Below, piece after piece: positions 41,301 to 49,954 of a stretch of DNA of 64,000 nucleotides; positions within the stretch are counted from its first letter, which is position 1, and each line of letters starts with the position of its first letter. The DNA is taken from positions 12,152,001 to 12,216,000 of the forward strand of contig CM102290.1 in NCBI GenBank assembly GCA_046563655.1. The letters are read 5' to 3'. The notes under the pieces were generated by a model, which was not told where the DNA came from, searched no databases, and was given only the letters and a program-made list of their open reading frames with translations. The position numbers and the translations under genes are program-made. This DNA is from Yuukianura sp. NJ FZ-2021 (taxonomy: Eukaryota).

Positions 41301-44262
41301 CATGTAGAATTCCATTAGAGGTCACCTACCCATTAAAGTTAGACGGAATTGTTAGTGTAGGACGTTAGGATTGAAGAAGTAGTTTCGGAATGAGTGACCC
41401 AGTTGTTTGGACGGGGAGAATTGAAAAGTAAACTTTGTTTTTCTTCCTGTCAACTCGTCAATTAGACGGTAGACGTTATTTGTAGTACTTTTTGGGGCTG
41501 AGGGAAACTTAAAGTTTGGTTTCTTTTTTTTTCGGGGCGCTAATGGGGGATTGATGGATGAGTCCACTAAGCGACGGTGACAGAATCAAGATGGAGAAAG
41601 TTTCAACGGCAGCGGGAAATTTAAAATGAAAGTTGGGTGGCTGAATGCGAAGCACGCCATTACATCAGAAAAAAGACATAAGCAGGAAAGACATCAGCAC
41701 GAAACACATAAGCAGGAAAGACATAAGCATGTCAAACACATCAGCAGATCAAAAAATTCCTCCGATATTAAATTGAACTGCATTGACGTTTTTTTTTGCA
41801 GTAAGCAGGTTATGATTTTTTATGGCATGTAGTATATAAACTAACATTAAGGTTAAGGTCATCATTAAGTAAATACCATTAGTAGGGTGTAGTAAGTACA
41901 TCCTATTAAAAATTTTTAGGTTAGGTTTGGTAACGCTAACAATTGTGAGATTGGGCGAGATTAAGTTGCAAATCATTAGGTTAGGTTTGGTTAGCAAATG
42001 AAACTGCTCGAAAGGCCATAATGCAGTTTAATTTTAATTTCGAAGGAATTTGAGATCTGCTGATGTGCTTACGTTGCTGATGTGTTTGACATGCTTATGT
42101 TTTTCCTGCTTATGTGTTTCGTGCTGATGTGTTTGCGGTGCTGATGTGTTTGCATTGCTTATGTCTTTCTTGCTTATGTGTTTGGTGCTGATGTGTTTTC
42201 TGCTTATGTCTTTTTTCTGATGTATTGGCATGGACCCGCTGAATGTACTGAGTTGGAGTGAAAGAGCGATACGTTCGGTTAGGTAGATGTTAGACTTGTT
42301 ATTTGATTTGACATGTTCAAGCCCAGAGGAGTGTGTGCGAGGTTTCTTTTTAATTTAAAAATTCATTTAAAAAAAGAGGCAGGAGACATCGAGGAATCAG
42401 AGAGTGAGTTGTTTTGTTTGTTTGAAAAGTTGTTTTTTTTTAAAGAAATCTTATTGAAACTTGATCTATTTTTGTGGAGCGTAGAGACATGTTAAAGCGT
42501 GGTTTTGAGACATTTGCTTTCTCCGTTGTTCCCCTCTTGTGATGACAAATGATGCGATGGGGCTGATATGATCATCTACCGGAGTCTTGGAGGGAAATGT
42601 TGAAAAGAAAGATTTGATCGCATCTTCATCTTATTCTTAGGAAGAGGAATGAGGCATAGGGAGGAAATGGAAGTTTGGAACACAATTCAGCGTCTCCGTA
42701 GGATTGTTAGAATCCTTTAGATCCTCGTTTTAGCCCTTAAGAAATGAACATGTCATGACTTTTCTTTGTAACTCTTTGGATTCTGATTCTTTTTCTTTTC
42801 TTTTCTTTAGGTTTCCAAGGAAGAGTACGACACTTGCAGGATTACAAATCCGAATCCAAGAATTATCGCAGTTTGTGATAAACCGTACAAGCTCATGTAC
42901 TTTACCATCACTTTCCGCTCATTTACACCACAACCAGGCGGACTTGAGTTTCGTCCAGGCCAAGACTACTACTTTATTTGTAAGTATAATATAGTGGTAG
43001 AGGAGACTACAAAAACCTGAAAGTTACTCAAATTACATGGTTTATGAATTGGAATTATTCGAGTAATTGTTCTTCTTCTTTCTTTTTTTCTAGCTACTTC
43101 ATCCCGTGATGATCTCCATAGACGTGTGGGAGGTCGGTGCTTGTCTGAAAATATGAAAGTTGTCTTCAAAGTGTGCTGCCACCCTGGAGAGTCTTCTCTG
43201 CCAAGTGAGAACCTTCATTTGATCCTTGTCTCCACTTATTTCAGAAGGAATAATTTGAACACCTAGGCATTAGGCATCTGTGAGAAATTGGACACACGAA
43301 CATAACGTAAAAACTAAGATGGTGGTTAGCTTTTAAGCTACTGCAGTTCAACTGTTAGCCTCCAACGCCCTCTGTTGCAAGTTGACATTCTGAACATCTA
43401 TTTCAATGGAAATTTGACTTTGTGTAAACCCTAGCTCCTCTTTTTCGATAATATTTGAAGATTCTAACGTTAGGCAGAACAGAACCGAATTCGCTGCAGC
43501 TCCTGTCTCCCCCAATTGTGTCAGTAACATCCTACCTTCTTTCTCCTTCCTGTCACTTCCAGAAGGAGCTGCAGAAATGACGTTTAGAACTCCACCTCTT
43601 CCCTTAATTAAGAGGTAACTGGTGCTTGGAAAAGTGTCCAAGGAACGTCGGTCTTGCATTGTGTGTCTGTGTTGAAGAATTAAAGGGCCCATTTAGTTCT
43701 GGAGATTTTTCTCAGGCAGTTAATTCTGTAATTAATTGCTTCCTTCCTTCTATTCGGATATTTAGAGCCCCAAGAACCACTTCTTTGACCAATTGTCTTC
43801 TTTTTTCCAGGCACAACAGGAGTTCCAGCGTTGGCACCATCCCTCCCCAGGCTCACCACCCCATCAAACCCACCACCGCCCGTCAACCCCATCATGACAA
43901 TGATCACTCGAAGACCATTGGTCTACTACACTTCTTCTGCAGCCACCAAGAGCATCGCAGCCACCCTCACGCCACCTATTCCCACCAACTCCAGATATCC
44001 ACACAAGAAATACAACCCCAACAACAATCAGACGCCGAAGCCTCCAGCGAAGAAAAGTAAGTTGACGAATTTGTGAAAAATGGAAAAAGAATTGGGAAAT
44101 AAAGTATTTTTTGTTTTATTTTCAGACTCATTGTCAGAGAAGCACCCGAACGAAGTGTTGACCGAGGAGCTGACAAGCGGCGTTGGGTGTTGGCGACGGA
44201 GGACAAATCTAGTTCCAGCTCTGCTCATAGTTGTGTTATTTTCCAGTCAAATTTGGCGGTGA
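5094..44262 (+). CDS. Ephrin: Ephrin (Eph receptor ligand), complete 6-exon CDS, 360 aa, probable GPI-anchored type
   Basis: Exons 5094-5377, 30296-30431, 42811-42979, 43094-43204, 43811-44056 and 44126-44262 join through GT-AG introns with consistent phases (1083 nt). The translation KVYNVHWNTSNPIFRIDNTDHIIDVN...DQVNIICPVY...EKYIIYNVSKEEYDTCRITNPNPRIIAVCDKP...FTITFRSFTPQPGGLEFRPGQDYYFISTSSRDDLHRRVGGRCLSENMKVVFKVCC is the ephrin receptor-binding domain as recalled from insect ephrins. The start (ATG 5094 or 5130) is less certain. Confidence 0.95.
7540..7800. repeat. Degenerate TTTGGAAA repeat cluster (likely transposon subterminal remnant)
   Basis: Recurrent GTCATTTGGAA / TTTTGGAAA motifs at short intervals. 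Confidence 0.5.
11398..11500 (+). mobile_element. DINE-1/Helentron-like fragment with (CTGT)n(CCGT)n microsatellite; related copy at 32086-32200
   Basis: Both sites share CTACTTTRTGCAT...ATGT...TCTGTCTGTCTG. A GTCY microsatellite near one end is typical of DINE-1-like elements; the family assignment is inference. Confidence 0.45.
13294..13673. mobile_element. Non-autonomous hAT-type MITE (380 bp)
   Basis: Terminal inverted repeats TAGGGGTCGCAAATTCGAA / TTCGAATTTGCGACCCCTA; perfect 8-bp target-site duplication CTCGAATA (13286-13293 and 13674-13681); many subterminal TTCGAA motifs; no ORF. Confidence 0.9.
14682..14849. mobile_element. Tc1/mariner (pogo-like) MITE, 168 bp
   Basis: TA-CAGAAGAACCTCTCTTATGGCAACT ... 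AGTTGCTATAACAGGGGTTTTTCTG-TA: imperfect ~25-bp TIRs flanked by TA, with inner inverted motif ATACCGTAAA/TTTACGGTAT. Confidence 0.75.
15905..16190. repeat. Degenerate TTGATACAATT repeat cluster
   Basis: About ten copies of (T)TGATACAATT or near variants with variable spacers. Confidence 0.65.
19420..19550. repeat. GGAGATATTTT repeat cluster
   Basis: About five GAGATA(T/C)TTTT motifs within 130 bp. Confidence 0.5.
21785..22172. repeat. Degenerate ~32-bp minisatellite
   Basis: About 11-12 units of GAATTC-N6/7-GGACTAATTGTGG-like sequence. Confidence 0.75.
26335..26525. repeat. 15-bp tandem TGGACGGCACTGTTA (x4) within a transposon remnant; related pieces at 24001-24070 and 31141-31270
   Basis: Units at 26365, 26380, 26395 and 26410. 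TTATGGACGG and AAGGTAGAAA are shared with 24001-24070; inverted GTCCATAA motifs occur downstream. Confidence 0.65.
30296..30431 (+). CDS. Ephrin: Ephrin coding exon 2
   Basis: TTTTCAG acceptor; FRIDNTDHIIDVNRDNLPYDQVNIICPVYAPGTKEEDAEKYIIYN; GTAAGT donor. Confidence 0.95.
41648..42237. mobile_element. Foldback/Mutator-like MITE with subterminal ~16-bp repeats
   Basis: Long inverted ends (GCCATTACATCAGAAAAAAGACATAAGCAG ... CTGCTTATGTCTTTTTTCTGATGTATTGGC), tandem ACATAAGCA/ACATCAGCA repeats in opposite orientation at the two ends, central TTAGGTTAGGTTTGG motifs, flanking direct repeat GCTGAATG (41640-41647 and 42238-42245). Confidence 0.85.
42811..42979 (+). CDS. Ephrin: Ephrin coding exon 3 (contains the G-H receptor-binding loop)
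   Basis: Long pyrimidine tract then TAG; VSKEEYDTCRITNPNPRIIAVCDKPYKLMYFTITFRSFTPQPGGLEFRPGQDYYFI; GTAAGT donor. Confidence 0.96.
43094..43204 (+). CDS. Ephrin: Ephrin coding exon 4
   Basis: STSSRDDLHRRVGGRCLSENMKVVFKVCCHPGESSLP; TAG acceptor and GTGAGA donor. Confidence 0.93.
43811..44056 (+). CDS. Ephrin: Ephrin coding exon 5 (Pro/Thr-rich stalk)
   Basis: TTTTTTCCAG acceptor, phase 1 at both ends, low-complexity PT-rich linker ending PKPPAKK, GTAAGT donor. Confidence 0.85.
44126..44262 (+). CDS. Ephrin: Ephrin coding exon 6 (GPI-signal-like C-terminus)
   Basis: NSLSEKHPNEVLTEELTSGVGCWRRRTNLVPALLIVVLFSSQIWR-stop: small residues TSG, polar spacer, terminal hydrophobic stretch and no cytoplasmic tail. 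Confidence 0.85.
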
Positions 44263-45290
44263 TTTGGAAGCGAGGAACAGCTCTAAAAGTGCTGCTAGTA
44301 AGAACTGAGTTCCAGGAATTGACTGCCATGAAGCCACCAGTGCTGCCATCCTCACCAGTTTATCACAAACAAACAAATCCCCTCCCCTTTACGTACATGT
44401 ATTCCTTCAATGTCCATGTTAGCCTGTACTCCACAAAGTGTCCACGACAGACGGAAGCGGAGTGTAGTCCTTCCTTCGCTACCGTTTCTCCACTTCCGCT
44501 CTCTCCATTGTACTCCTATTTTAGAAGAGTCTTAGTCCCCAAATATTTAAATATTTTTATTTTAGCTCAGACCGAATTCCGAAACACTTAAATTCTCCTT
44601 GCCTCTTTGTTTTTGTATGTAGAAGAGTTAAGAGAGTTTAGGGTACTTAAGGAACAGTATTTACGATTCTCAAATCGACCAAATATATACCATTGTCCTG
44701 TTAGGTGTAAATAGGAAGAGTGACAGCCAGGAAGAAGTCTCAGATTAAACGACCCAGAGAGCACGGAAGAAAAGTTTGCAGAAGCCTAACTTCTCGGCAC
44801 CAGCATCCATCGTAGTTCATGCGGAAAAATGTCCAAGTTGCCAAGACGTCACGGAGAAGCATGTTCCCGTCTTCTTGTTTACTTTCTTCGGATCCGTGTG
44901 GGTGGAGAGTTGCAATTAAAGTCCGCCTCTGCCTTTGAAACCTGTTGAAGTCTGATGCTTTTCGAGGATGGATCCGATCTTTCAGCGTATTCGACTAGAT
45001 CGAAATGTGTGTCTTAATTAAATTTGTATAAATAAATGTTCGGTCTCCACGAAAAGTCTAAATCCAAGAAAATTTTAATTTTGGCTCAACCGAATTTCCA
45101 TGGCAACTGTTATTATTGAAACCCAAATTTATTATAACTTGGTGTTTAATTCTAGGCAGAGCGGATCTCTGCTCAATTTTTGTCTTGTTCGAAACGTGTA
45201 GCTGAGCAGTCGCATTCATCTTTGCTCCGCGTCCGAATCTAGTACTTCTTGAATACTTCGCTTCTTCAACAGAAAACTTCGTTTGTAAAG

Positions 45291-45886
45291 ATGTCAACTG
45301 AGGATATTGACCCATTGGAACCCGGCGAGGAGGGTGAAGAAGAAGAGGGGGAAGAGACCGCTGAAGCCGGGGACAATGAGAGCGTCACGTCAGATACTCA
45401 CGCCGCCGTCGAGGAAGCGGACGCTGATGCCGAAGGGGAAGTGGTTGCCGAGGAACCGGTCATGCCGACTTACGCAGTTGTCCGGGTCAGTGCAATTTTC
45501 ATTTATCATATCTTTAACTTTCACGTTTTAAAATTCCTTTACTTTTCTTTTCTTTTTGAGAACGTGGACCTGCCGGAAGACACTAAAACGGACATTACGG
45601 ACTTCGTCGTAGCAGCTGTAGAGCACAACTTGGGTGACTATGTGGTAAAAGTATTTATTCTTGCGCTCTAGTTATTTTCTCTTTGTGTTAAACCTTTATC
45701 TTCGTATTCTAGGCTGCCTGTAAGAGCATCACAGAAAATTTGGATCGAATCTACGGACCGGGTTGGCATGCGGTTGTCGGAGAATGTTATGGATTCGAAA
45801 TTTCCCACGACGCGCTTCACTTTGTCAATGTCTTCTACAATGGAAACCTGGGCATTTTGGTTTGGAAATGCACTGCAAACGTCTAA
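45291..45886 (+). CDS. DNAL4: Dynein light chain 4, axonemal (LC8 family), 150 aa, 3 exons
   Basis: Exons 45291-45485, 45561-45644 and 45713-45886. The translation YAVVRNVDLPEDTKTDITDFVVAAVEHNLGDYVAACKSITENLDRIYGPGWHAVVGECYGFEISHDALHFVNVFYNGNLGILVWKC matches the DNAL4 pattern (WHxVxGExxGFEIxH...VWKC). An AATAAA lies at ~45953. Confidence 0.88.
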
Positions 45887-46139
45887 TATTCATCCGCACA
45901 CAACACAAAAGACATCAACCTTACTACTAATAATTACAAAACTCCATAAATCAATAAATCATTCATTACTTATTCGAATTCGCTAATACATGAATTAAAC
46001 GAAACTGGTTTACCGTCCTCACTGCACTTTCATTCCTTGTAAAGAAGCTTTGCAATAATGAGAGCTAGCCTAACACCGACCCTGAGTTTTCAAGAAACGA
46101 CAAAACTTAACGGAACTTATTTCTTAAACTTTACTTCGT

Positions 46140-49100
46140 ATTTCGCTTTTGGTTCCCGAGTTATGAATTTTGAAAGTTTTTTAAAATTAAAATGAAATTT
46201 TGAAATTTTATATCTCGTGAACGGAAAGCGATAGAGACCTAATCTCTTCACGAGAAACTTTCAAAAAACATGAAGAATTTTTAGAAATGTTGAAAACTCC
46301 AAAATCGAACATCAAGTTTTTCGTCAAATTTTGAAAAAAACCATGGACTATAGTCCATGGATTTTTTCGAAATTTCGTCAAAATCTGAGGGTACCTTTTT
46401 ATATTTTCTAAAAATACTACATATTTTTGTGAATTCAGGGGCGAAGAGTTTACCTTTCTATCGCTTTCCGTTCCCGAGTTATGAATTTTGAAAGTTTTTT
46501 AAAATTAAAATGAAATTTTGAAATTTTATATCTCGTGAACGGAAAGCGATAGAGACCTAATCTCTTCACGAAAAGCTTTCAATAAATGTGAAGAATTTTT
46601 AGAAATGTTGAAAACTCCAAAATCGAACATCAAGTTTTTCGTCAAATTTTGAAAAAAACCATGGACTATAGTCCATGGATTTTTTCGAAATTTCGTCAAA
46701 ATCTGAGGGTACCTTTTTATATTTTCTAAAAATACTACATATTTTTGTGAATTCAGGGGCGAAGAGTTTACCTTTCTATCGCTTTCCGTTCCCGAGTTAT
46801 GAATTTTGAAAGTTTTTTAAAATTAAAATGAAATTTTGAAATTTTATATCTCGTGAACGGAAAGCGATAGAGACCTAATCTCTTCACGAAAAGCTTTCAA
46901 TAAATGTGAAGAATTTTTAGAAATGTTGAAAACTCCAAAATCGAACATCAAGTTTTTCGTCAAATTTTGAAAAAAACCATGGACTATAGTCCATGGATTT
47001 TTTCGAAATTTCGTCAAAATCTGAGGGTACCTTTTTATATTTTCTAAAAATACTACATATTTTTGTGAATTCAGGGGCGAAGAGTTTACCTTTCTATCGC
47101 TTTCCGTTCCCGAGTTATGAATTTTGAAAGTTTTTTAAAATTAAAATGAAATTTTGAAATTTTATATCTCGTGAACGGAAAGCGATAGAGACCTAATCTC
47201 TTCACGAAAAGCTTTCAATAAATGTGAAGAATTTTTAGAAATGTTGAAAACTCCAAAATCGAACATCAAGTTTTTCGTCAAATTTTGAAAAAAACCATGG
47301 ACTATAGTCCATGGATTTTTTCGAAATTTCGTCAAAATCTGAGGGTACCTTTTTATATTTTCTAAAAATACTACATATTTTTGTGAATTCAGGGGCGAAG
47401 AGTTTACCTTTCTATCGCTTTCCGTTCCCGAGTTATGAATTTTGAAAGTTTTTTAAAATTAAAATGAAATTTTGAAATTTTATATCTCGTGAACGGAAAG
47501 CGATAGAGACCTAATCTCTTCACGAAAAGCTTTCAATAAATGTGAAGAATTTTTAGAAATGTTGAAAACTCCAAAATCGAACATCAAGTTTTTCGTCAAA
47601 TTTTGAAAAAAACCATGGACTATAGTCCATGGATTTTTTCGAAATTTCGTCAAAATCTGAGGGTACCTTTTTATATTTTCTAAAAATACTACATATTTTT
47701 GTGAATTCAGGGGCGAAGAGTTTACCTTTCTATCGCTTTCCGTTCCCGAGTTATGAATTTTGAAAGTTTTTTAAAATTAAAATGAAATTTTGAAATTTTA
47801 TATCTCGTGAACGGAAAGCGATAGAGACCTAATCTCTTCACGAAAAGCTTTCAATAAATGTGAAGAATTTTTAGAAATGTTGAAAACTCCAAAATCGAAC
47901 ATCAAGTTTTTCGTCAAATTTTGAAAAAAACCATGGACTATAGTCCATGGATTTTTTCGAAATTTCGTCAAAATCTGAGGGTACCTTTTTATATTTTCTA
48001 AAAATACTACATATTTTTGTGAATTCAGGGGCGAAGAGTTTACCTTTCTATCGCTTTCCGTTCCCGAGTTATGAATTTTGAAAGTTTTTTAAAATTAAAA
48101 TGAAATTTTGAAATTTTATATCTCGTGAACGGAAAGCGATAGAGACCTAATCTCTTCACGAAAAGCTTTCAATAAATGTGAAGAATTTTTAGAAATGTTG
48201 AAAACTCCAAAATCGAACATCAAGTTTTTCGTCAAATTTTGAAAAAAACCATGGACTATAGTCCATGGATTTTTTCGAAATTTCGTCAAAATCTGAGGGT
48301 ACCTTTTTATATTTTCTAAAAATACTACATATTTTTGTGAATTCAGGGGCGAAGAGTTTACCTTTCTATCGCTTTCCGTTCCCGAGTTATGAATTTTGAA
48401 AGTTTTTTAAAATTAAAATGAAATTTTGAAATTTTATATCTCGTGAACGGAAAGCGATAGAGACCTAATCTCTTCACGAAAAGCTTTCAATAAATGTGAA
48501 GAATTTTTAGAAATGTTGAAAACTCCAAAATCGAACATCAAGTTTTTCGTCAAATTTTGAAAAAAACCATGGACTATAGTCCATGGATTTTTTCGAAATT
48601 TCGTCAAAATCTGAGGGTACCTTTTTATATTTTCTAAAAATACTACATATTTTTGTGAATTCAGGGGCGAAGAGTTTACCTTTCTATCGCTTTCCGTTCC
48701 CGAGTTATGAATTTTGAAAGTTTTTTAAAATTAAAATGAAATTTTGAAATTTTATATCTCGTGAACGGAAAGCGATAGAGACCTAATCTCTTCACGAAAA
48801 GCTTTCAATAAATGTGAAGAATTTTTAGAAATGTTGAAAACTCCAAAATCGAACATCAAGTTTTTCGTCAAATTTTGAAAAAAACCATGGACTATAGTCC
48901 ATGGATTTTTTCGAAATTTCGTCAAAATCTGAGGGTACCTTTTTATATTTTCTAAAAATACTACATATTTTTGTGAATTCAGGGGCGAAGAGTTTACCTT
49001 TCTATCGCTTTCCGTTCCCGAGTTATGAATTTTGAAAGTTTTTTAAAATTAAAATGAAATTTTGAAATTTTATATCTCGTGAACGGAAAGCGATAGAGAC

Positions 49101-49506
49101 CTAATCTCTTCACGAAAAGCTTTCAATAAATGTGAAGAATTTTTAGAAATGTTGAAAACTCCAAAATCGAACATCAAGTTTTTCGTCAAATTTTGAAAAA
49201 AACCATGGACTATAGTCCATGGATTTTTTCGAAATTTCGTCAAAATCTGAGGGTACCTTTTTATATTTTCTAAAAATACTACATATTTTTGTGAATTCAG
49301 GGGCGAAGAGTTTACCTTTCTATCGCTTTCCGTTCCCGAGTTATGAATTTTGAAAGTTTTTTTAAAATTAAAATGAAATTTTGAAATTTTATATCTCGTG
49401 AACGGAAAGCGATAGAGACCTAATCTCTTCGCGAGAAACTTTCAAAAAACATGAAGAACTTTTAGAAATTCTGAAATCTCCAAAATCGAACATCAAGTTT
49501 TTTCGT
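46140..49506. repeat. Tandem array of 318-bp internally palindromic units (~10.6 copies)
   Basis: The 20-bp palindrome CCATGGACTATAGTCCATGG recurs at 46341, 46659, 46977, 47295, 47613, 47931, 48249, 48567, 48885 and 49203 (exact 318-bp period). Internal copies look identical by eye. Confidence 0.98.
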
Positions 49507-49954
49507 CTTAGGAATTAAAGATAAGGATAAGTCCATTGAAGTAGGATAGCTTTCAAACAAATTTTAATTCAGCTCCACAGCAAGTAAGCTTAAAGCAAGC
49601 CTAGAACACATTCAGAGGTCACATCATACACATAGATTCTTAAGTATTTCGTAGCCTATAATTAATAAGTCTCAATACTTGAAAATCTTCCCTCCTGTTC
49701 TCAACTAAAGACGAAGTCTTCAAATCCATCCAATTACAAAGCCAATTAAGGAAATTCTCTAATTCCTCTAAAGATTTTAAGTTTCCAATCAAAAAGCACT
49801 GTTCTCTCAGTGTAAGCCACTGAATCCGACGCAAGTTTACATCATGGTATTTGGTTGTCAGGCAGGCAGGCTGTGTCTGCGTCAGAGCCAGTGGCTACCC
49901 TGATAAATAATGCGTCATGATCGTTAATTCTAAGCTTCGGTGTCCAATGAACTT

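Noticed and set aside
15320..42000. Scattered TTAGG/CCTAA dimers as interstitial telomeric repeats
   Set aside because: Never more than 2-3 units; at 41917 and 41976 they lie inside a MITE, so they are more likely transposon remnants.
5378..42810. Recursive splice sites in the giant introns
   Set aside because: Only weak AG|GT matches were seen (e.g. ~14075, ~19550, ~34150); none has a full pyrimidine-tract CAG|GTAAG consensus.
46140..49506. CRISPR-like array (palindromic repeat at a fixed interval)
   Set aside because: The sequence between palindromes is identical rather than unique spacers, the period is 318 bp, there are no cas genes and the context is eukaryotic.
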